Positions 8,163 to 18,100 of a stretch of DNA of 28,901 nt are shown here, piece by piece (positions within the stretch are counted from its first letter, which is position 1; each line of letters begins with the position of its first letter). The notes beneath the pieces are model-generated. The model did not search any database and had not been told where the DNA came from. It saw only the letters and a program-made list of their open reading frames with translations. This DNA comes from a bacterium (GTDB taxonomy: Bacteria > Patescibacteriota > Gracilibacteria > UM-FILTER-43-11), in assembly GCA_030426875.1 (NCBI GenBank), contig JAUHXI010000001.1, positions 1-28,901 of the forward strand, read 5' to 3'. Both the position numbers and the translations under genes were made by a program.

Positions 8163-8981
8163 TTAGGTGCATTTTTTGGCCACACAATACAGACGTTGGT
8201 CCAGTTGACTTAAAAAATTATAAACATAGGTCAGATGGGTTTCCATGGCATGCATTTTGGTCACAATTGACGCGAGTTTATTCTCTAAGGCACTTGCCTT
8301 TTGCTCAGCATGACTCGTTTTTAAGGCGGTTTCCATCACGGCAATGGCAGTGCTTTGATTCAGGCCATTGGCACAGGCTTCAAAATCATCAGCGCTGGGA
8401 TCACAGCCAAACTTTCGTTCAATGGTGGCTTTGCAAGCTTCAAAGTTGGTGTTGACGGCCACAACGTTCACAGCGCTTTCATTGTTCGAAACCCCTGCTT
8501 GGCAGGCAGGAAAATAATTGATTCGCGTATTGTTTGTAGCCAACAGAGGCACCTTTTGCATCTTGTCTACAAAAGAGGCGTAGTCTGTTCCCAAGGTTAT
8601 GTCTTCAGCGTCTTGACAACCAGGCACTTCTCCCAAGTGCACACTGGTCAGGCCGGCCACCCCACTTTCTATGGGTGCATAGCCGCTATACTGCACACTC
8701 CGGCAAATGTATTCGAGCCAACAGTTGTAGGTTCTCAGATTTTCATAAGCATCATCCACCATTTCACTGGCAGGCCTCTCTTGACCCGTCAAAATATTAA
8801 GGCTGGCTTCCCAATCACTCTCAACCGCTTCAATGGCTCCATTATATTGCTCACAACACGCTACATCACCCGCATCGGAACAACGGTTAGAAATTTCGGG
8901 GTCAGCCGATTGGGCATGGGTCATCTGATTCCAACTGACAAACGCAATGCCGATGATGAGAATTGTTTTAAACCGTTTCAT
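8163..8981 (-). CDS. Uncharacterised exported Cys-rich protein, 272 aa
   Basis: Signal MKRFKTILIIGIAFVSWNQMTHA; multiple Cys (CC, CWLEYIC, C-terminal C...KC); long C-terminal amphipathic helix. Confidence 0.8.
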   Translation of the reverse strand: MKRFKTILIIGIAFVSWNQMTHAQSADPEISNRCSDAGDVACCEQYNGAIEAVESDWEASLNILTGQERPASEMVDDAYENLRTYNCWLEYICRSVQYSGYAPIESGVAGLTSVHLGEVPGCQDAEDITLGTDYASFVDKMQKVPLLATNNTRINYFPACQAGVSNNESAVNVVAVNTNFEACKATIERKFGCDPSADDFEACANGLNQSTAIAVMETALKTSHAEQKASALENKLASIVTKMHAMETHLTYVYNFLSQLDQRLYCVAKKCT

Positions 8982-9167
8982 TGTTTTGTTATTATTTATT
9001 CACATTACGCGCCGTTTGCTCAGCATGTTGTGTGAGGGGTGGTTAGTTTTTTGCATGAATTTTTAGCGGAGTTAAAAATGGTTGTTTTGCTTATCGCTTA
9101 CCGCTACCCACTTACGGCTTTCTAAAGTTTAGCAATCATAACGTAAGATTAGTGGTGCAAATTTCTA

Positions 9168-12100
9168 TCAATCATAAGTAAGTTCCTTGCTCTGACTAAA
9201 AATAATCGAATGCGTCTCAAGGTCCGTGATGGCGGTCATGAAGACATCTCCTGGCATGAAGTCAGATTTATAATCGATGAGTCCACACAGGGGTCCAGGG
9301 CCAACATATACCCCCGGATCTTTGAGGGGAAAATCATCACTCAATTCAGGGCAGCCATCTACATCATTCACCCCATCTAAGTCTTCAGGGATGTTGGGGC
9401 AAAGGTCTTGAGCTTGGCAAACGTCTCCAATGCCATTGTTGTCTGTGTCCAGTTGGTTCGAATTGGGATCGAAGATGCAATTGTCCTCATTATCAATGAG
9501 CTTACTTTGATCCAGCAGTCCACTGTTGTCAAAAATACACATGGGATTGTTGACCAAATCACCATCAATATCAATATCACAGGCATCTTTGGTGCCATCT
9601 CCATCGGTATCATTTGCATTTGGATTGTCCAAACACGGACAGACTTCACAGACATCTCCCACGCCATTCAAATCAAAATCAGCTTGATCCGGATTGGGTG
9701 TGAAGAGACAGTTATCCACCGGTTCCCCTAATTGCGGACCCGCTTGTTCCAACAGCGCCTGGCTAAAATCACCACCCGAATCAAACACACAAATGGGATT
9801 TAGAGCCCCGTCTCCATCAATGTCCAGGTCACACACATCTCGTCTGCCATCTCCATCAGAATCTTGTTGGTTGGGATTGTCGATACAAGGGCAAGTTTCC
9901 TCCGCGTCCGGTCGAAGCGGGTCACGGTTATTGTCCATTTCCCACCAGTCAGGATTGCCATCATCATCCTCATCCACCAGGCGACACTGTTGGAAGTTTT
10001 TCAACGTCGCAGCCATGAAGGCAAATTCACCACGTGTGATTTTTTCGTCAGGATTCACCACACCATCCACTTCAGGAATCAGTCCAAATTCAACCGCCGT
10101 GTACACATAATCTTTGTACCAGGCGTAATCTTCCACATCCGTAAATGTATTGTCTGGAGCCGTTAACAATGGAATATCCGCCTGGCGAATCAGCACAGCA
10201 CTGGCCTCAGCCCGACTGATGTTTTGGCTCGGTCTAAATTGACCATCCCCATAACCAGTGATCATCTCCAATTCCTTCGCCACCCAAATGCAGTAAAAGA
10301 ACCAGTCAGAAAGCTCCACATCCGGAAAAGGGTTGGTCAAATAACGAGCGATTTGAGGGTCAGTGGGATATTGACAGTCAAAACAATTGGTCACACCCAA
10401 GGCGATCTTCACAAATTCGGCTCGAGTGATCTCTTGATCAGAGCGGAAAGTGCCATCGTCAAAGCCAATCAACACCTCAGCGTCATACAGTTCCAGAATT
10501 TCATAATAAAATTCATCACCCGGATTCAGGTCAGAAAAAGGATTGCTCGGCAATTGTGGTCCATCGGTCCCGTCACCAACACTTGGCAAGGCCGGTGTTT
10601 GAGTTTGTTCAGCCTCAGCTTCGGCGGCAAAGTCAGTCTCCAAACTATTCATCATTGTGTCCATGTCGATCTCCATCTCATTCCAATCCGCCTGAATGAA
10701 GACCTCAAATAAAGCCGTTTGCCCCTGCATGATTTGGAAGATATAATTCCCTTCATTTGGAATGGCATTCTTAAGCTTCAGGTCAAAGCCAGGTTGCATC
10801 AAGCGAATGGCCCCGTCTTTATCAACCATGGCGATTACCTCCTCATTTTCTTGATTGAAAATAGCGGCCCCACCAGCAAAACTCGGTGCACCCGCTGGAA
10901 TTGGCTCGGCCACAACTTGATCGTTCACCTCCACATCGCCCACGGTTGTACCCACGTCATTCACGTTCCCCGCATTCAGTGCTGTTTGAATGATGGCCAC
11001 ATCCTCATCCGTGCTGCTGATATAATAAACGTTAGCCATGATTTCTTGACTGCTCTTGAACACAACCGCAATCCGGGTCGGCGTTTCGTTCGTTGCAGCC
11101 ACCGCCACCAGTTCATAATTGTCATCAAAAATATCGATCTTTCCATTACCCGTCAGGATCTCAGCAATCAAATTCCCCTGATGGTCTTTGATGATAATGG
11201 GGCTGGGATCTAGCACATCAAAGCCTTCAATTTCGTAATCGCCATTCGCCGTGATGGTGTAATAACTGTCATCCTCTTCGCTAAGGGGTGGCAAAGTGGG
11301 CTCCTTGCTCTCATTCTCCGCATGCAAAATCCCAACATTCTTCCACGTCTCATTTCGTTTACGGAAGACGCTGAAGGGGATATTGGTCAAATCTTCTCCC
11401 ACTTTCTCAGGCGTCATGTCGCCCGCAATCAAGCCTTCATCCAATCTAGTCTGACTCAAATTCACATCTGGTGCATACACTTCAATCAAAAATTCTTTCT
11501 CAAACACCTCAAAGCTGGGGTCCTCCAAATTCTGGGAGGCAATCAAACTCACAGGAATATTCTTAAGCTCATCTTGAGGGGGGATGATCAATTTTTCACC
11601 CTCCTGAGGCTCAGTGTTTTTGTTCTCGGGATCAATGTGCCAGTAGTAGGTGTAATTGCCACCCAAATCCACAAAAATATCACTCGCATTGATGGTTTTT
11701 TCTGTAAAGATGGGCACCTTCACGGTGTCATCTTGGCTGATGTCCAACGGTTCAAATCCTCCTGCCACCAATTGCGGTGCTAAGATCTCACTTTGATTGT
11801 AATTAGCCAGCCGGGCCAACGCGTCAAACCAGGTCATACGGATATGATAGAAGCCATTTTCCATCTGCATTTCGTACCCGTTGCCTTGCAGTTGGTCAAA
11901 ATAAACCGCACTGTAGGCCGACACGTCAATTTTAGCATCGTTCACCGTCGGAAAATGAATTTCACTCGCATTGATCACAGTTTGATTAGGCTTTATGCCA
12001 AAGCGTTCAACGGCTTCTTGCTGATTGTCCAAGCTGGTCACCAGCGTTCCAAATTCTAATTTAACCCCGCCCACAAAAACGTCCGGCGTTTCACCCTCCT

Positions 12101-15100
12101 CATTCACAGGCAACAGTAAAATTCGAGTGTCAGCCATTTGCAAATCTTGCCGATCACTGTCATAGCCGCTGATCACTTTTTCCAACTCAATCCCGTACCC
12201 ATAAAAATCAGGATGGGTCGGAGCTTCCCAATTAAAGGTGGCTGCTCCATTTTCTGTGAAGGAAGTCTGCATCATGTTGATCGCATCGCGTGGCACCTGT
12301 CCAATGCGCATTCTGGATTCCAACTCCTCAATGCTAAACCGTTGAGGTGTGCCATTGTCCGTGTTTTCTTCAGAATCATCAAGGGTCAAATCTCGTTTCA
12401 AATAAAGCCCCGTTCCATCACTATAAACAATGTGTCCATTGGGCATGAACAGGGTTTCAGACGTGGCCAAAAATTCAATATTAGAAATCACTGGCACCGG
12501 TTTTTGAGTGATGGGATCAGGCAGGCAAACATCCGCCAAACAACCCGCATTATTTTGAACAGGATTGAGCTGCTCATCATTCCCTTTATACTCAGCTTCA
12601 TCCAAAGGAGTCAGGTCAACATCGACTATTTTTTCTTCAGTGAGTGGCTCAAAATTATTGTCTAAAAGACCTGGCATTTCTACCGCACTGGTAAAAACCC
12701 GTTCCTCTTGGCCAGCCTCGTTCGTGTTGAAACTGGCTAATTCATAGGGCACCAATTCCTGCGGCGCAACCCCAGCAATATCAGTCAAGTTGGCTGTTTT
12801 GGTTGCCTCGGCCTCCATATAAAGTTGCTCAGCATGCAAGGCCAGTTCTGACTTCATTTCATTGATTTTATCAATGGCAGGGGATTCTAAAACAATCTGA
12901 TAATCCGGAACACCAAAACGTTCTTTCAGCACCGTGTATTCCACCCATTCGGCTTCATTCACTTCATCAATCGCGGCTCCAATCTCATTGAACATCGACA
13001 CCATGTCTTGCCCTTCAGGTGTTTCTAAAATCTGTTGAGCCAACACTTCTTCTTGGTTGAGGACAGGTGCTTCTTCAAAGCCACCATCACTTGGATTGTC
13101 TGGCAGCTCAGTCAAGGCGATTTGGATATCTTCCTTTACCTCCTGCAATTTAGCCTGAGTGCTCCCAAAATATTTTTCCTCATTCGCCCGACAGTCCTCA
13201 TAATAAAGCAGACAAGCATGTAAGCGGTTCAAAACCGTTGGCCCCAGGGTGTCAATTTGGTCGAGTTTGTCAGCACTAAAATCAATCATTTCTTTCAAAT
13301 ATTCGGCGGCATCGTCCCGGTCAGCCAATTCCATCAAAAAATTCTTAGGCATCACATAATTGAGCGCATGAATGATGTCTCGATTGTCATCAAAGAACGC
13401 ATTCACATCCTCATCTTTAACATTCCTAAGCCAGTCATAGCTGTTGTTCACGTCTTCAATCCACTCCGAATAGGTCACATCAATGACCGTGTTGATCTCA
13501 TTGAGTTCAGCCCATTCTTCCCATTCAGCCTCTTTATCTCGAGCCCACTGATCAGCTTCCGCCAACGGATCCCCCACCTCTTTGTCCAACCACCCTTGAA
13601 CATATTCTTCGTAGGCATTTTCAAATGCAGTGGCAGTGCCATCAATAAAATCATCAGCCTCTTGCAACACTTCTTGAAGTTGCTCCTCGGTCAATTCCAA
13701 ATAAGAACGGTACCCCTCCTCCATTGCAATCGGAATCTCATCAATCCAAGCATTCCAGGTTTCGGCAGCCGTTTCTAGAGGATCAGCAAAAACATCCAAC
13801 TCAATGCCCAAATAAACAATGGTCTCAATGCGAAGCTCGTTATAACCCGTGTCAAAAAGAGCAATGTTTGGCATCTGAACCTGTAGCAAATCAAACGGTG
13901 TCAAATAAGCCGGGCGACTGGTCAACAAACTGATTTGATTATTCAAAGCCATCTCCGGAACCGGTGCGAGTGATTTTTTGATCATGCACCAGGTTTGTAA
14001 AATCTTTTCAATCAACGGTAAAATGATGTCGAAAGCCTTGCCCACGTCCGGCAATTTAGGGGGAGATGGCAAGGTTGGCAATTCCACAACCGGTAGCGGA
14101 GGAAGGTCTGGCAACTCTGGCAACTCTGGCAATTCCGGTAAAATGGGTAAGGGTGGCAGTTGTAAGAAGATGTCCACCGTCGGAAAATCTGGTAGGGTGA
14201 CATAAGGCAGTGGCGGCAATGGAATCGGCTCAGGTCGAATGTTGAGAACTGGAAGTTCCACATCCAAAGCCACTTCGATGTTGGAGAGATCCAAAACAAT
14301 GTCTGGAATTTTAGGGAATTGAATGACGGGAATATCTGGCAAAACAAGACCTAGCAGACTCCACCAACCAAAATTGGCAAATCGTTCATTGGTACAGGTG
14401 TCGCAATTGGTTTCAAAGGCTGTGAACACATCAAACAATTCTTTAATGTTCTTCACAATTTCTTGAATGGTCAAAATCATCTCTGCCCAAGTGATCATTT
14501 CTTGTTGAATGGTAGCCATGTGGCCGGCCATCATTTGAGCGATGATGTCCATGTAACACGACACAGAGCCCACATAACCAGCCATCTGAGTTTTATAGTT
14601 GGATAGCTCCTTCGGGAAAGCCAAATAGGATTCCAACACCGCTATATTCTGTTTGGCACTTTCGATCACTTCATCATAATTGGCATTGAAGGCATCTGCC
14701 AAATAGCGACCAGTACAATTGACTGAATTTTCAATACGACCATCTGGATTTTCAGGGTCTGGTAGGTCTTGGCAAGAAATGGCTTCCCACATGTCTTTGA
14801 CCCGGTCATATTCTTGTTCATAATAAATGATCCAATTTTGTAGCTCCACAATGTAGGCCTGAATTTCTCCCGTTGACAACCACGGCACCGTGAACTCGAT
14901 GGGTTTTTCAGTCAACTCAACCATCGGCATGGTTTGGGCCACATCATAAAGTCCTTCCAGCGCATTCAAATTGTAGATGGATGCCTGAGACTCAATGGCG
15001 TTTCGATATTGCAGGGCTCTAGAGCCACTCACATCTTGCAGCCCCGAACGAAGGATTTGAGGGAAGGTGTCCTCCCCATCAATGGTTGTGACATACTCCT

Positions 15101-18100
15101 GATCCCCAATGGCTTGCATGGTCTGATGCGTTTCAGCCGCCGAACCATCCATGGTGTTATACCAACTCTCAAACTGTTGCTGAGTGCGTTCAAAATCCAA
15201 GGTCACTAAATTCTTGGTATCTGGCAAATAAACACTAAGCGTGGGCAGTGTCAGCAGTTTATTTTGCACTTCCAACATCTGCCGATCGACCCAGTTGGCC
15301 AAAACACCGCCCAACGAATCAAAGCTCTTCAAATGAATGTTTGAATATGCATTCACCGGAGGTTCAAATTTTAGATTATTGCCTAAGTTAATAGCCAAAC
15401 TGACCTCCAGACCACCCGCCCCTTGCTGAGGTCCAACCGGTTGAATGTCCACAGGAATATTGGGATTATTGGTCGCACTATTCGCCGCAGATTCAATTTT
15501 AGTCACACCAGACGAAATGGCATCCATGATCTGATCAACGCCTTTTTCAATGTCAGAACAAAGCCCACCGTAAAGATCATCAGCCGGAAGTGCCTTGACC
15601 ATACAATTCCCAGTGGGAGGGGGGTAAGGAATAGGAAAAACAGGAGGTGGTACCACTGCTGATTCCGGATAGGGCCCCCAACACGTAGCAATTCCTATAC
15701 CACCGGTTATAGTTGGAGCTACATACACCCGTATGAATGATTGATAAGGAGGCTCAACGTTCTCCACCCTCACCGCTCCAGGAAATAAAATCGGAAAACC
15801 AGAGGGTAGGGGTTGTATGCCAACCGTTGTGGGCACACTGGTGGGATGAGCAAATACAGGGTAAGGCATCTCTGGTGGAACCATAAAAGCCCGGTTGAAA
15901 GGCATTGGAAAGCAACCCCCGCCCGTACAACTAAAATCCTCAACCGCTTGAGCCACATCATCCAAAGCGGCTTCCACACACGAAGTAGGGTCATTTGGAT
16001 CTTCATAACATTCTCCGTTGCCCGTGGCTTCTTCCAAGGCTTCTCCCATGCCTGGGAATTTGAGTGGTTCCGGTGGGTCATCCACGTCCAGTTCCTGACC
16101 GCCAAGCGCCTCCATTTGAGCCATCATTTCATTAAAGCCAGTCACCTGTTCCATGGGCTTCACTGGCTCAGGGGTATTACTTTGAACAATGTCATAATCA
16201 CGTTCAGCAACGCTATAATGAATCAGCCATTGACCCGTATTGTTAAAGGGTGGTGAGACAATGATATCTTTATACTCATCTATGATGGACCCTGGGTCAT
16301 TCAAATTTTCATTCGGCTCATCAATGGTTTGAATGCTGACGTCAGCTTCGGGTGTCTGACTCACAAACGTTTCATACCGGATGATGGTTTTTTGATCTTC
16401 AAACAAGCTCAATTCACTCAAAAACAAACGGGTTCCATTCAATTTGACCTCCATGTTTTCACAACCGCCCTGCACACATGTCAACGAGTTGGGGTCAAAA
16501 TCTAGGGCATCAGGCACCGTGTCGGCTAGCACTGTGTCGCCAAAATCACTCACACTATTGAGTTCAATTTCATACACCAGCACCTCTTCAACATCCACAT
16601 TGCCCTGCCCCGGCCGGTCTTTATTGCTGACGGATTTGGTCACATTCAACCCTCCAATGCCTTCAATGGGGGCAAAATAAGTTTGAATCTCATCTCCCTC
16701 TGGCCACTGAAGTTTGGGAACCCCGGTTTGAGCATACGCATAAGGATCTTCTGCCATGGCTGCAGCCTCCTCGTTCAGTTGTTCATAAAACTCAAGCGCC
16801 ACCTCATCATCAATCTCGCCCCCCCCTTCATATTCATCCAAGGGCACGTTAGAAACTTGAATCTGACTCTGGGCCTGCTCCTGAGGGTCAGTGGGTTCTG
16901 GCATGTTCTGGTAGCGGATGTCCACATCGGTATTCAGGTTTTCATCCAACTGCAAGCTGAAGCCGTAATTTTCAATCAATAAACCATTTTCAGGAAAACG
17001 CTCCGTTTCAGCATCATAATAAAAAATAAAAAGATCGCCACGACTGTCCAAAATCACCAAGTCTTCAAACCCATCCTGATCCATGTCATCCATCAAAAGT
17101 TTATAAATTTTCTTCCCAATGTTCAGGATTTGATCCGTGCGCTCCATCACCTCCTCCCGGTTATGTAAAATGGCCAATCGCCCTTCTTCGGTAGCAATGA
17201 GCAAGTCTTCATAGCCATCATTCTCAAAATCCACCGCTTCTAAGGCAACTCCTCCATCAGCCAATTTTGCAATGTCACCCCGGTCTTTAAAGGGCGGCTC
17301 GGTGGGACCTCCTTCCAACAGCCGCACCCGTCCGTCTTCAGTCAATGCAGCCACATCTTGATACTCATCATTATTAAAATTAAAATGATTGATGGACACA
17401 ATCTGAGAACCTTCCGGGTCTTCATAAATCTGCTGGCCGACGGCATTGTTAAAATTCAAACCATTGTTACTCTTAGTTTCAAGTTTTATGGTCGGATCGC
17501 CCAACAAAATACCCGTTGTGGGCAAATTGAACCGAACCGCCTCTCCCACATTGGTGCCGCTGGCAAAAGCAGCCAAATAGTCATGCTCTCCCTCTAACCC
17601 ATAAAACTCAGCCCGTTGAGATTCTTCAACCTCTGCTTCTGAATCAAAAAAGCTTAACCCCTTGGCCCCACTCGTGCTAGAACCCGAATATGTGGAATGC
17701 CACTGCAAATTAGGATTGACCTCCTTAAAATTCTCAACGGACAGATTTTCATCTTCTAAATTCAAAATCACCCGGGCAATGTTCCGCGTGCCGTCATTCA
17801 AAGTCAATTCCACCGCATCAAATTCTGGATCCAGCACATAATCCCAGGCAAAATCAGGATGTAGCAATTGAAGTCCATTTTTTTTCAAGTTAACAACATC
17901 ATCCCCTAAAACACTCGAAATTCGATAGCCCAGTGGGTTTTCAACTGCTTCATAATTGCTGTCCAACATTTCCAAATAAAGCTTCCCTTTTTCCAAGTTT
18001 TCATCCGGTAACATTTCAACCGCGTCAAAATTCAACATCACGGTCTTACTGATCAACGTCTGCATTTTCTTTTGATCGAAGGCTTGCAAAGCCATGAATG

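Noticed and set aside
8300-9027. 13-bp repeat TTTGCTCAGCATG at 8300-8312 and 9015-9027
   Set aside because: One copy is inside a CDS, and several 13-mer matches are expected by chance in 29 kb.
8999-9058. 18-codon minus-strand uORF (MQKTNHPSHNMLSKRRVM) before the 272-aa gene
   Set aside because: No RBS, attenuator structure or biased composition to support it.
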